64,000 bases of DNA from Vicinamibacterales bacterium (GCA_035937795.1 DASZHO010000200.1:8323-72322); one strand, 5' to 3'. Shown: positions 46,283 to 55,742, counted from the first letter of the stretch. Notes: generated by a model from the sequence alone, not told the origin. Program-made: numbers and translations.

Positions 46283-46873
46283 CTAACGCTTCGGACGCGG
46301 GCCGCGACCGCCATTCAGCCCATCCAGCTGAGCAATCACGAGGCGCAACTGGGCCGCGGTGTCGGAAAGCTGTTGCTGGCTGGCCTGATAGTCTCCGTCG
46401 TTGATCTGCGTGCCCGCTTTTTGCAGAGACGTATCGGCGCTGGCAATCGCCGCGCGCTGCGCGTTCAGCGATCGCCGTGGAACGTGCGCCGCCTCCACCG
46501 CGGCGAGCCGCCCATTGGCCTGCGCGAGCAGCGCCGTCACCTCGCTCAGGCGCCGTTCGGCGCCGCTGCGGAGAGCGACCTGCTGGTCGGCGGCCTGCTT
46601 GGCGGCCGCTTGCGCGCGTTCGCGGCTGTCGAGCGCATGGTTGAGCGCCAGCCGGTAGTCACGCTGGTCGACGGCGTCCTGCGCCTGCTTCAACGCGTCG
46701 ACCGCGGCTTGATATTCCTCGGTGGCGTACCGATCGGCGCCGGCGGCGCGGGCGGCATCGATGGCCCCTTGCGCCTGATCCATTTCGCGGGTTGGCGGTG
46801 TCCCGCACGCCGAGCTGAAGAGCGCAACGCAGAAAATGAGTACAGTCGCCACCAACGACAGGCGATCGAACAT
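46283..46873 (-). CDS. DUF4398-like coiled-coil lipoprotein
   Basis: ATG 46873 (the ORF track opens at 47074). MFDRLSLVATVLIFCVALFSSAC is a signal peptide with lipobox-like Cys. The Ala/Gln-rich REMDQAQGAIDAARAAGADRYATEEYQAAVDALKQA pattern is typical of DUF4398. Confidence 0.65.
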   Translation of the reverse strand: MFDRLSLVATVLIFCVALFSSACGTPPTREMDQAQGAIDAARAAGADRYATEEYQAAVDALKQAQDAVDQRDYRLALNHALDSRERAQAAAKQAADQQVALRSGAERRLSEVTALLAQANGRLAAVEAAHVPRRSLNAQRAAIASADTSLQKAGTQINDGDYQASQQQLSDTAAQLRLVIAQLDGLNGGRGPRPKR

Positions 46874-46901
46874 CACGCTGAGTATACCCCGCCACGCACA
46901 T

Positions 46902-47570
46902 ATGAAAGCGCTGTCGCCGGACGATCGGCCACGCGAAAAACTCCTCCGTTTGGGCGCCGCCGGATTGGGCGACAACGAGCTCGTCGCGATTGTGGTGGGC
47001 AGCGGCTCGCGTCGGGCCAACGCGCTGGCGCTGGCGAACCAGATTCTGGAAAATGCCGGCGGGCTGCACGGCATTCCCAGGAGCGGCGTCGACGACCTCC
47101 GGCGCCTCGACGGGATGGGGCTCGCGAAGGCGGCGCAGGTGCTCGCCGCGGTGGAGCTGGGCCGCCGGACGTTGCTGCGCTGCCCGCCCGTGCGCGTGAA
47201 ATTCAGTCACCCGCGCGACGTCGCCGGCTACCTGCTGCCGCAATTCGGCTCGCGGCCCGTCGAACAGTTTGGCCTCGTGATGCTCGACACCAAGCATCGG
47301 CTGCTGCGCACGTCGGTGATTTCGGTCGGCACGCTCGACTCCAGCCCGGCCCACCCCCGCGAAATTTTTCGCGAGGCGGCCTCCGCCTCCGCAGCCTGCA
47401 TCGTGCTGTTCCACAACCATCCGTCTGGCGATCCGACGCCGAGCGTCGACGACGTCGACTTGACGAGGCGGCTCGTGGCGGCAGGCGAGTTGATGGGCAT
47501 CGATGTGGTCGACCATTTGATTCTGGCCGACACGCGTTACTTCAGCTTCAAAGAGGCTGGTAGACTATAG
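46902..47570 (+). CDS. radC: RadC-family JAB/MPN-domain protein
   Basis: ATG 46902. MKALSPDDRPREKLLRLGAAGLGDNELVAIVVGSG...; HNHPSGDPTPS (JAMM motif). Confidence 0.85.
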   Translation: MKALSPDDRPREKLLRLGAAGLGDNELVAIVVGSGSRRANALALANQILENAGGLHGIPRSGVDDLRRLDGMGLAKAAQVLAAVELGRRTLLRCPPVRVKFSHPRDVAGYLLPQFGSRPVEQFGLVMLDTKHRLLRTSVISVGTLDSSPAHPREIFREAASASAACIVLFHNHPSGDPTPSVDDVDLTRRLVAAGELMGIDVVDHLILADTRYFSFKEAGRL

Positions 47571-47584
47571 GGCTTCGGGCTGCC

Positions 47585-47612
47585 CTGAGCCCTGAGCCCT
47601 GAGCTTTGAGCC
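47585..47612 (+). repeat. Heptamer tandem array CTGAGCC CTGAGCC CTGAGCT TTGAGCC
   Basis: Read directly. It begins 15 nt after the radC stop, and the last unit supplies the TTG start of larC. Confidence 0.85.
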
Positions 47613-48925
47613 GAATTCTCTACTTCGATTGTTTCTCCGGCGCCTCCGGCGATATGGTGCTGGGCGCGTTGCTCGATGCCGGGCTGCCGCTCGAGGAGCT
47701 TCGCGCGGCGCTCGGCAGCCTTGCCGTCGAGGGCGTCTCGGTGTCGGCTGCGAAGGTACTGCGCGCGGGGGTGTCAGCCACGAAGTTTTCCGTTCACGAA
47801 AACGGCCGGTACGGTCATCCGCATGACCATGCGCATTCGCACGATCACGACGAGCGCCATCTCCACGATCACCCGCGCGAGCAGGCAACCGCGCACACGC
47901 ACGATCACTCCGCCGCAGCGGTCGCCCAGGCGCATGGCCACCGGAGCCTCCCGGAGATTAACGCCCTCATCGAGCGGTCGGCGTTGTCGGGGTCCGCGAA
48001 GTCGCGCGCCGGCCAGCTGTTTCAGCGGCTGGGCGAGGTCGAGGCGGCCATCCACCAGATTCCTGTCGAGACCATTCACCTTCACGAGGTCGGCGCCCTC
48101 GACTCGATTATCGACATCGTCGGCGCGGTGTTCGCCCTCGAGTGGTTCAAGGCCGATCGCATCGTTTCCTCGCCGTTGAACGTCGGCGGAGGAATGGTGA
48201 TGTCCGCTCACGGCCGGTTTCCGGTGCCCGCGCCTGCGACTCTGAAGCTGCTCGAAGGGATTCCGATGTACTCGTCAGGCGCCGAGCGGGAGCTGGTCAC
48301 GCCCACCGGCGCGTTGCTGGTGTCTTCCTACGCAACGGCGTTTGGTCCGACGCCCGCGATGACCGTCGATAGGATAGGTTACGGCGCCGGCGATCGCGAC
48401 CCGTCGGACACGCCGAACGTGCTGCGCGTGATGATTGGCGAGAGCGCCGGGCACGCGGGCACCGAGCAGATCGTCGTGGTCGAGTGCGAGATCGACGACA
48501 TGAACCCGCAGCTGTTCGGATCGGTGATGGACAGGTTGTATGCCGCCGGAGCGCTGGAAGTCTATTTCGCGGCCGTCCAGATGAAAAAGAACCGGCCCGG
48601 CACGCTGCTCACGATCCTGGCGCGCCCCGAGCAGCGCGGGAGTCTCGTGTCGATCGTGTTTCGAGAGACGACGACAATTGGCGTGCGGTATCACGAGGTC
48701 ACGCGAGAGCGGCTGGAGCGCGAAATCGTTCGTGTGGAAACGCCTCTCGGCCCCATTCGTTTCAAAGTTGCCCGGCTTTGCGGGGAGGTGGTGAACGCGT
48801 CGCCCGAGTTCGAAGACTGCCTACGCGTTGCTGCCGGCGAGGCGATGCCCGTCAAGGAAGTGCAGGCGATCGCCGTGAAGGCTTACCTGGACCGGGAGAA
48901 CGCCGGGCGCAACCCTCAGGGCTGA
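47606..48925 (+). CDS. larC: LarC-family nickel insertion protein (DUF111)
   Basis: TTG start gives MSRILYFDCFSGASGDMVLGALLDAGL, a typical LarC N-terminus. His-rich tract HENGRYGHPHDHAHSHDHDERHLHDH. Confidence 0.85.
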   Translation: MSRILYFDCFSGASGDMVLGALLDAGLPLEELRAALGSLAVEGVSVSAAKVLRAGVSATKFSVHENGRYGHPHDHAHSHDHDERHLHDHPREQATAHTHDHSAAAVAQAHGHRSLPEINALIERSALSGSAKSRAGQLFQRLGEVEAAIHQIPVETIHLHEVGALDSIIDIVGAVFALEWFKADRIVSSPLNVGGGMVMSAHGRFPVPAPATLKLLEGIPMYSSGAERELVTPTGALLVSSYATAFGPTPAMTVDRIGYGAGDRDPSDTPNVLRVMIGESAGHAGTEQIVVVECEIDDMNPQLFGSVMDRLYAAGALEVYFAAVQMKKNRPGTLLTILARPEQRGSLVSIVFRETTTIGVRYHEVTRERLEREIVRVETPLGPIRFKVARLCGEVVNASPEFEDCLRVAAGEAMPVKEVQAIAVKAYLDRENAGRNPQG

Positions 48926-48942
48926 CGAACCGCTCAAACACC

Positions 48943-50862
48943 GTGTCCTTCTACATCACCACGCCCATCTACTACGTCAATGCGGAGCCTCATCTGGGAC
49001 ACGCATACACCACCGTCGTGGCTGATGCGATTGCCCGGTCAAGACGCTTGCTGGGCGGGGATGTCTTCTTCCTTACCGGTACGGATGAGCACGGCCAGAA
49101 AGTGGAACGCGCCGCCAGGGCCCGGGGAATGACGCCGCAGGCGTTTGCCGATCTGATTTCGAGCTCCTTCCGCGAACTGTTCAGCCACCTGAACATTACG
49201 AACGACGATTTCATCCGCACGACTGAACCACGGCACATCCGCGCCGCACAGGCTCTCTGGCGGCGGGTCAGAGAGAGAGATGAGAGTCTTCTCTACAAGG
49301 CGATGTACGAGGGGTGGTATTGCACCGTGGATGAAGTCTTCGTTCCGGAAACGCAGCTGGTGGACGGGAAATGCCCCGACTGCGGCAATCCCGTCGAACG
49401 GCTCAGCGAGGAGAGCTACTTCTTCAAGCTCTCGGCGTTTCAGGATCGCCTGCTGGAGCACTACGCAAGACATCCGGATTTCGTGACCCCGGAGAGCCGC
49501 CTGAACGAGATCACGGCGTTCGTCAAATCAGGACTCAAGGATCTCAGCGTCAGTCGAACATCATTCAACTGGGGGATTCCGGTCCCGGACGATCCGCGCC
49601 ATGTGATGTACGTCTGGTTTGACGCGCTCACGAATTACCTGACCGCCGCTGGTTTCCCGGACGACCAGGCGCGCCTGCAGAGGTATTGGCCCGCCGACGT
49701 TCACCTGATGGGGAAGGAAATCATCAGGCAACATGCTGTCTACTGGCCGGCTTTTTTGATGGCGGCGGGCCTCGAGGTGCCCAGACGGATAGTGGGCCAC
49801 GGATGGTGGCTGATGAACGAAGCCAAGATGTCCAAATCGCTCGGCAACGTCGTTCGCCCGCAGGCGTACACTCGCGTGTTCGGTGTCGATGGGTTCCGGT
49901 ATTTCCTCCTGCGCGAGATGACGCTCGGCCACGATGCGAATTTCAGCGATGAGGCATTCCTGACGCGCTACAACGCCGATCTCGCCAACGATCTCGGGAA
50001 TCTCGTCAGCAGATCGACGACGATGATTCATCGGTATTGTGAGGGCCGGGTGCCTCCATCCAGTTCTCGGTACGAAGATGCGGCGCTGGCTCAAAAACTC
50101 GACGATGTGTTCGCGCTTGCGAAAACGCGGATGAGTGAGTCCTATCTGTTCTCCCTTGCACTGCGCGATATCTGGGAGCTCATCGGGGTGACCAACAAGT
50201 ACATCGCGACCAGAGAGCCATGGGCGCTGGCCCGGGACGACAGCAGGCGGGAGGAGTTGCACGAGGTTCTCCGTCAAAGCGCGAACGTGCTGCGCGTCGT
50301 CGCAGGATTGATTGAACCGGTCATGCCGGCCACCGCCGGGCGAATTCGAACGATGCTCGGAATTCAACCCGAGACGTGGCACCAGCTTCAGAAGAAGAGA
50401 ATCGAAGAAGGCACACGGCTCGGGACCGTGGAGCCTCTGTTTCCAAGAATCGACCAGAGCGTCGAGGAGTTGCGAAAAATGTCCGATCCGGTTGTTCCAG
50501 GCCAAACGCCGGCCGAAGCGCCACAGGTTGCGCCGGGCGATGCAAGAATTTCTATCGATGATTTCATGAAGGTCGAGCTGCGCGTCGCCAGAATCGTCGC
50601 GGCGGAGGCCGTGCCGAAGTCGAAGAAGCTCCTGAAGCTCCAGGTGGATCTCGGAACCGAGCAGCGCACGATCGTCGCAGGCATCGCCGAGGCCTACGCA
50701 CCCGAGACGCTGGCCGGCCGCACCATCGTGGTCGTCGCGAATCTCAAGGCCGCGAAGCTGATGGGCATCGAGTCCAACGGCATGGTGCTGGCGGCAAGCA
50801 CCGACGCCGGCAAGCCCATCCTTCTGAGCGTGGAAGGGGAGCCGGGAATGCGGGTGCGGTAA
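48943..50862 (+). CDS. metG: Methionine--tRNA ligase with C-terminal tRNA-binding (EMAP/Trbp111-like) domain
   Basis: GTG 48943 (the ORF track opens at 48484 inside larC). FYITTPIYYVNAEPHLGHAYTT (HIGH), KMSKSLGN (KMSKS), Cys knuckle CPDCGNP. C-terminal VELRVARIVAAEAVPKSKKLLKLQVDLG. Confidence 0.92.
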   Translation: MSFYITTPIYYVNAEPHLGHAYTTVVADAIARSRRLLGGDVFFLTGTDEHGQKVERAARARGMTPQAFADLISSSFRELFSHLNITNDDFIRTTEPRHIRAAQALWRRVRERDESLLYKAMYEGWYCTVDEVFVPETQLVDGKCPDCGNPVERLSEESYFFKLSAFQDRLLEHYARHPDFVTPESRLNEITAFVKSGLKDLSVSRTSFNWGIPVPDDPRHVMYVWFDALTNYLTAAGFPDDQARLQRYWPADVHLMGKEIIRQHAVYWPAFLMAAGLEVPRRIVGHGWWLMNEAKMSKSLGNVVRPQAYTRVFGVDGFRYFLLREMTLGHDANFSDEAFLTRYNADLANDLGNLVSRSTTMIHRYCEGRVPPSSSRYEDAALAQKLDDVFALAKTRMSESYLFSLALRDIWELIGVTNKYIATREPWALARDDSRREELHEVLRQSANVLRVVAGLIEPVMPATAGRIRTMLGIQPETWHQLQKKRIEEGTRLGTVEPLFPRIDQSVEELRKMSDPVVPGQTPAEAPQVAPGDARISIDDFMKVELRVARIVAAEAVPKSKKLLKLQVDLGTEQRTIVAGIAEAYAPETLAGRTIVVVANLKAAKLMGIESNGMVLAASTDAGKPILLSVEGEPGMRVR

Positions 50863-50938
50863 TCATCGTTGCTCAACCCGCCCGGCGCGGATTCCTCGCG
50901 CCGTGCGCTATAATCCCGCCCACTTCGGATCATCAATA

Positions 50939-52057
50939 ATGTTTCCAGCGGCTCCTCGCCGGCGGCTCGGGAATCCTTTTTTGCGGGGGCTCTTTGCGCT
51001 TTGCGTGCTGGCCCGTCCCATGCCGGCGGCGGCGCATCCGGTGCCCTTCAGCTATCTCGACCTGCGCCTCCAGCCGGGCCCGGCGGACGAGATCGACGGC
51101 TCGCTGGTCATCCATATTTTCGACCTGGCTCACGATCTCAATATCGATCCGCCCGAACGGCTGCTCGACCCGCGGCTGGTTGATCAAGAGGCCTCCGCGA
51201 TCGTTCGGCTCCTGAGTCCAAGACTCACAATCTCATCCGGCGGCCGCCCGTTGCGGGCGGAGTGGTCGCGGGTCGAGATCCTCGCCGAGCGGCAATCGCT
51301 GCGGGTGCATGTGCGATATCCGCTGGCGGCTGCGCCGGGGGCCCTGACGGTCCTTGCCGCGATGTTTCCCTACGACCCTGCGCACCAGACATTCATCAAT
51401 ATTTATGAGGGCGGGGCCCTCACCCAGGCGATTGTCGACGGCAGCCACCCGCGGTTTGAATACTTCGCAGGCACCGGTCAGGGGGCGCTCGCGGTGATGC
51501 GCAAGTTCATTCCCGCCGGCATTCACCATATCTTGATCGGTCCCGACCATCTGCTGTTTCTCTTCGGGCTCTTGCTGCTGGGCGGCAGCATCCGGCAGCT
51601 CGCCGTGGTCGTGACCTCCTTCACCGTTGCCCACAGCCTGACGCTGTCGCTCGCGGCGCTCAATATCGTGACGCCGCCCGTGCGGATCATCGAGCCGGCC
51701 ATTGCACTCAGCATCGTGTATGTCGGCGCCGACAACTTGCTGGTTCGTGACGGCCGCGACGTGCGCGCGTGGATTGCGTTCGGCTTCGGATTCATTCATG
51801 GCTTCGGCTTCGCGAACGTGCTGCGCGAAATGGACCTCCCGGCTCGCGCGCTCGGTTGGTCGCTGTTCTCTTTCAACGTGGGCGTGGAGATCGGCCAGCT
51901 CCTCGTCGTGGTCGCCGTCGCGTCCATGTTGAGGATAGTGAGCGCGCGCAGCGAAGCCGCCGGTCGGCGGGTCGCGTTTGCCGGTTCGATTGTCGTGATC
52001 GCGGCGGGAGCATTCTGGTTCGTTCAACGTGTCTTCTTTCCTGGAGGATGGTCATGA
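50939..52057 (+). CDS. HupE/UreJ-family membrane protein with N-terminal periplasmic extension
   Basis: ATG 50939 (the ORF opens at GTG 50903, across a TATAAT hexamer at 50909-50914). HHILIGPDHLLFLFGLLLLGG, FTVAHSLTLSLAAL, GFIHGFGFA. Confidence 0.75.
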   Translation: MFPAAPRRRLGNPFLRGLFALCVLARPMPAAAHPVPFSYLDLRLQPGPADEIDGSLVIHIFDLAHDLNIDPPERLLDPRLVDQEASAIVRLLSPRLTISSGGRPLRAEWSRVEILAERQSLRVHVRYPLAAAPGALTVLAAMFPYDPAHQTFINIYEGGALTQAIVDGSHPRFEYFAGTGQGALAVMRKFIPAGIHHILIGPDHLLFLFGLLLLGGSIRQLAVVVTSFTVAHSLTLSLAALNIVTPPVRIIEPAIALSIVYVGADNLLVRDGRDVRAWIAFGFGFIHGFGFANVLREMDLPARALGWSLFSFNVGVEIGQLLVVVAVASMLRIVSARSEAAGRRVAFAGSIVVIAAGAFWFVQRVFFPGGWS

Positions 52058-52971
52058 GACGAGGAATCCTGCTCGCGACGCTGACAGCGGTCGGAGGTTT
52101 GACGGTGGCGGCAGCGGCTTTCCAGGCGCCGGCCCGGGGACTGTCGCCGACGGCGGTCGCGGCGGTGCGAATTGAAAAGGTGCGGGACAACTTGTACATG
52201 GTCACCGGGGCGGAGAACCCGGCAGGTCCCGAAGGGTTCGCCGGCGGCAACACCGGGGTGTTCGTCACCAACGCTGGCGTGGTTGTGGTCGATACGAAGC
52301 TGACGGGGTGGGGCCAGGTGATTCTTGACAAGATCAAGACCGTTACCGACAAGCCGGTCGTGAGAATCGTCAACACCCACACGCACGGCGATCACACCGG
52401 CAGCAACAACATGTTCCCTGCAACGGTCGACATCGTCGCCCAGGAAAACACCAAGGCCAACATGCAGAAGATGGACGCGTTCAAGGGCGACAACGCGAAG
52501 TTCCTTCCGAAGCAGACATTCGCCGACAGGCTGACGCTCGGCAGCGGCAAGGATCGGATGGAGCTGTATTATTTCGGCCGCGGCCACACCAACGGCGACG
52601 CCTGGATCGTGTATCCGGCGGTTCGCGTGATGCAGACGGGCGACATGTTTGCGTGGAAGGATGCGCCGACGCTCGACCGCAATAATGGTGGCAGCGGGGT
52701 TGAATACGCCGCGACGGTCGGCAAGGCGCTGGCCACCGTGAAGAACGTCGATACGCTGATTGTCGGCCACAGTCCGCTGCGGACCATTCCCGAGCTGCGT
52801 GAATATCAGCAGTTCATGACCGACTTCGTCGCCGCCGTCAAACAGGCAAAGGCGGCGGGTAAGAGCGTGGACGACGCGACAGCGTCGATCGATTTGACAA
52901 CGAAGTACAAGGGCTACACGAAAGACCGCTACAAGGGAGCCATTCAGGCGATTTACGATGAGTTGAAATGA
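52054..52971 (+). CDS. Secreted MBL-fold metallo-hydrolase (copy 1)
   Basis: ATG 52054 overlaps the upstream stop (ATGA), with GGAGG 5 nt upstream; ATG 52048 is an alternative. Signal peptide; NTHTHGDHTGSN (HxHxDH). Confidence 0.8.
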   Translation: MRRGILLATLTAVGGLTVAAAAFQAPARGLSPTAVAAVRIEKVRDNLYMVTGAENPAGPEGFAGGNTGVFVTNAGVVVVDTKLTGWGQVILDKIKTVTDKPVVRIVNTHTHGDHTGSNNMFPATVDIVAQENTKANMQKMDAFKGDNAKFLPKQTFADRLTLGSGKDRMELYYFGRGHTNGDAWIVYPAVRVMQTGDMFAWKDAPTLDRNNGGSGVEYAATVGKALATVKNVDTLIVGHSPLRTIPELREYQQFMTDFVAAVKQAKAAGKSVDDATASIDLTTKYKGYTKDRYKGAIQAIYDELK

Positions 52972-52984
52972 ACACGGAGGCGTT

Positions 52985-53890
52985 ATGAAACGAGGCATCG
53001 TCTTGGGCGCGTTGATCGCGGTCGGAGCGCTGTCGCTCGCGGTCGCGGCATACCAGGCGCCGGCGCAGGCGCCGAAGGTCATTCAGGTCGACAAGCTGAA
53101 GGACAACCTGTACGTCCTCAAGGGAGGCGGAGGCAACACCGCCGTATTCCTCACCGCGAACGGCGTCGTCGTCGTTGACGCCAAGAATCCGGGATGGGGT
53201 CAGCCGATCCTCGACAAGATCAAGGAGCTGACGCCCAAGCCGATCTCGATGTTGATCAATACGCACACGCACGGCGACCACGTCAGCGGCAATGTGGAGT
53301 TTCCCGCGACGATCGATATCGTGACGCAGGAAAACACCAAGGCCAACATGGAGAAGATGGACATCTTCAAGCAGAGCGGCGGCAAGGGCCTGCCGAAGCG
53401 GACGTTCAAGGACAAGATGACCATCGGACGCGGGGCCGACCAGATCGATTTGTATTATTTCGGCCCGGGTCATACCAACGGCGACGCGTGGGTGGTCTTC
53501 CCGGCGCTGCGCACCGTGCACGCGGCCGATCTGTTCGCCAACAAGGGACTCCCGAACATCGACACCGATAACGGCGGCAGCGTGCTGCATTACCCCGACA
53601 CGCTCAACAAGGCTTACAACGGGATCAAGAACGTAGACACGGTGATTAACGGCCACAACAACACGACGACGACCTGGCCGGATCTGAAGACATATGCGGA
53701 GTTCAATCAGGATTTCCTCGTGTGGGCGCAGGCGGAATTGAAGGCTGGAAAGACCCCGGAGCAGGCCGCGGGTGAATGGAAGCTTCCCGAGAAGTACCAG
53801 ACCCTGGGCTATTCAGCGACCGCTCCGACGCTGTTCGGTGGTCTGGCGGGGCGGATCAAACTCCTTACTGATGAGATGAAAAAGAGGTAG
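52985..53890 (+). CDS. Secreted MBL-fold metallo-hydrolase (copy 2, tandem paralogue)
   Basis: ATG 52985 with GGAGG 4 nt upstream. Signal peptide MKRGIVLGALIAVGALSLAVAAYQAPA; NTHTHGDHVSGN. Confidence 0.85.
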   Translation: MKRGIVLGALIAVGALSLAVAAYQAPAQAPKVIQVDKLKDNLYVLKGGGGNTAVFLTANGVVVVDAKNPGWGQPILDKIKELTPKPISMLINTHTHGDHVSGNVEFPATIDIVTQENTKANMEKMDIFKQSGGKGLPKRTFKDKMTIGRGADQIDLYYFGPGHTNGDAWVVFPALRTVHAADLFANKGLPNIDTDNGGSVLHYPDTLNKAYNGIKNVDTVINGHNNTTTTWPDLKTYAEFNQDFLVWAQAELKAGKTPEQAAGEWKLPEKYQTLGYSATAPTLFGGLAGRIKLLTDEMKKR

Positions 53891-53908
53891 GCGGCCGATA
53901 ATCAGACC

Positions 53909-54634
53909 GTGAGAGTCTCCGTCATCGTTCCTGCATACAATGAGGAGCGCCTTTTAGCGGTAACGTTGCGCAGTATTTGTGAGGCGGCAAAGGAGTTCGA
54001 CCGGCAAGGCTGGTCGTCGGAAGTCATCGTGTGTGACAACAACTCCACGGACCGCACCCCGGAAATCGCCGCACAGGCCGGCGCGAAGGTCGTGTTCGAG
54101 CCGCTCAATCAGATCGCCCGCGCGCGCAATACCGGGGCCGCTCATGCCAATGGTGAATGGCTGATCTTTGTCGATGCGGACTGTTATCCAACCCCTGAGC
54201 TCTTTGCCGACATGGCCCGGACCATCCGGCAGGCGCGCTGCCTGGCCGGCGGCAGCACTGTTTCGGTGGAAGGAGCTCATCCGCTCATGAGCGCCGGGGT
54301 CTCGATCTGGAACGCGTTGAGCAGGATCAATAAATGGGCCGCCGGTTCATGTATCTTTTGTGAAGCGTCGGCGTTCCGCGAGGTGGGTGGGTTCAATCAG
54401 GCGATGTACGCGGGCGAGGAGATCGATCTGTTCCGGCGCTTGAAGCGTCTGGCCCGGCTGAAAGGTCGGATCATCGTTGTGCTCCATCGGCATCCGTTAC
54501 GGACGAGCGACCGCAAGGCCCGGCTTTACACATCGTGGGAACTGTTGACCTTCTTCGGTCGAACCATCGTGAGTGGAGGGCGGACACTGCGGAGCGCCGA
54601 GGCGTGCTACGCATGGTATGACGGCAGGCGATGA
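53909..54634 (+). CDS. Glycosyltransferase family 2 (small, soluble)
   Basis: GTG 53909. VSVIVPAYNEERLL...VIVCDNNSTDRT...FVDADC. Confidence 0.8.
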   Translation: MRVSVIVPAYNEERLLAVTLRSICEAAKEFDRQGWSSEVIVCDNNSTDRTPEIAAQAGAKVVFEPLNQIARARNTGAAHANGEWLIFVDADCYPTPELFADMARTIRQARCLAGGSTVSVEGAHPLMSAGVSIWNALSRINKWAAGSCIFCEASAFREVGGFNQAMYAGEEIDLFRRLKRLARLKGRIIVVLHRHPLRTSDRKARLYTSWELLTFFGRTIVSGGRTLRSAEACYAWYDGRR

Positions 54635-54635
54635 T

Positions 54636-54724
54636 GGGCTCAAGGATAGGGGTCTGGTGTTGTGTCATGCGGTCGATCTCTGACTGGTCACGGCACAGGG
54701 CTCAAGGCTCGGGGCTTGACAGCC
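54636..54724 (-). repeat. Weak reverse-orientation copies of the YTGAGCC motif
   Basis: GGGCTCAAGG at 54636-54645 and 54698-54707. The reverse complement of 54685-54724 reads ...CGAGCC TTGAGCC CTGTGCC GTGACC. Confidence 0.5.
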
Positions 54725-54791
54725 TGTGGTGAAAGTCGGCGCATAACGACGTGCGATACCGCGATGGAAATCGTGGCGAGCGATTTGCGAT

Positions 54792-55742
54792 TCAGAACAC
54801 GTCAAGATCCTGTCCGATGACAACCTTTCCGCGATAGATCCGCCGAATCTCCGCCAAGTATTGCTCGTCGGAGATCTCGTGACCCGGTGGACCCACGCCA
54901 CGGTGATAGACGATCAGAACTCCTGGCAGTGTCTTGTTCGCAATCTCCGCGAGCTGGGTGGTTGTCGTGTGGTACTTCGGCCGGTACTGCAGCCAGTTCA
55001 GCATGTCGGCGGGCCTGTAATCTTCGGAGAATGCCTCATGTATGAGGACGTCGCATTTTTGGCAGCTCTCGATCAGCGCAGGGCTGGGGCTCGTATCGCC
55101 TGAGATCACGACCGTGCGATCAGGCGTCTGGAATCGGTAGCCGTACGCCTGCAACTCCCCGTGCGAGACCGGAAACGCCGTCACTTTGACGCGGGAGTCT
55201 TGGTAGATCAGGCCAGGCTTCACATCGTGCGCCTCGACGGCGAGCCCGCTGGTACTGCGCTGCTCCAGACCCTTGGTCCGAACGCCGATGTCGACTTGCC
55301 ACGCGAGCATGATGTACTTCGTCATCGCCTCGAGACCTGTGGGACCGTACACTTTCAGCGGTCCGCGTCGGCCTTGCACCCATGTCGTGAAGATCAAATC
55401 GGGATAGCCGACCGTGTGGTCGGAATGCAGATGGGTGATAAATGCGGTTTGCAGGTTCACGACCGCGAGGCCTTTGATGCCTTTGTCGTAGGCGGCAGCC
55501 GCGCGTCGGACGATTCCAGGTCCCGCGTCGACGAGGTAGGGCGTGTCGTTGACGACGATGGCCGTGGCCGGTCCTGAGCGTTGCGGGTCGGCCCGTGGCG
55601 TTCCAGTCCCGAGCAGCACGACCTGTGTGTGACTCGCTGCCGGCGGCGTGGGGACCTGACGTCCGACCGCGGAATACGACGTAACGACCGTGAGCAATAG
55701 GAAGACTGCAGACACGCTGAGGAGGTGAAGTCGACTCCGCAT
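54792..55742 (-). CDS. Secreted MBL-fold metallo-hydrolase (RNase Z/beta-lactamase-fold type)
   Basis: ATG 55742. Signal peptide MRSRLHLLSVSAVFLLLTVV; VVLLGTGTPRADPQRSG; THLHSDHTVGY. Confidence 0.8.
   Translation of the reverse strand: MRSRLHLLSVSAVFLLLTVVTSYSAVGRQVPTPPAASHTQVVLLGTGTPRADPQRSGPATAIVVNDTPYLVDAGPGIVRRAAAAYDKGIKGLAVVNLQTAFITHLHSDHTVGYPDLIFTTWVQGRRGPLKVYGPTGLEAMTKYIMLAWQVDIGVRTKGLEQRSTSGLAVEAHDVKPGLIYQDSRVKVTAFPVSHGELQAYGYRFQTPDRTVVISGDTSPSPALIESCQKCDVLIHEAFSEDYRPADMLNWLQYRPKYHTTTTQLAEIANKTLPGVLIVYHRGVGPPGHEISDEQYLAEIRRIYRGKVVIGQDLDVF

Noticed and set aside
46079-47563. 494-aa plus-strand ORF
   Set aside because: It overlaps the DUF4398-like gene (antisense) and radC (out of frame). 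The translation is Arg/Ala-rich with no motifs.
52054-53890. Calling the tandem MBL-fold proteins B3 metallo-beta-lactamases
   Set aside because: Only the generic HxHxDH motif and a signal peptide are visible. Without phylogeny or active-site mapping the specific call is unsupported, so it is kept as generic MBL-fold hydrolase.
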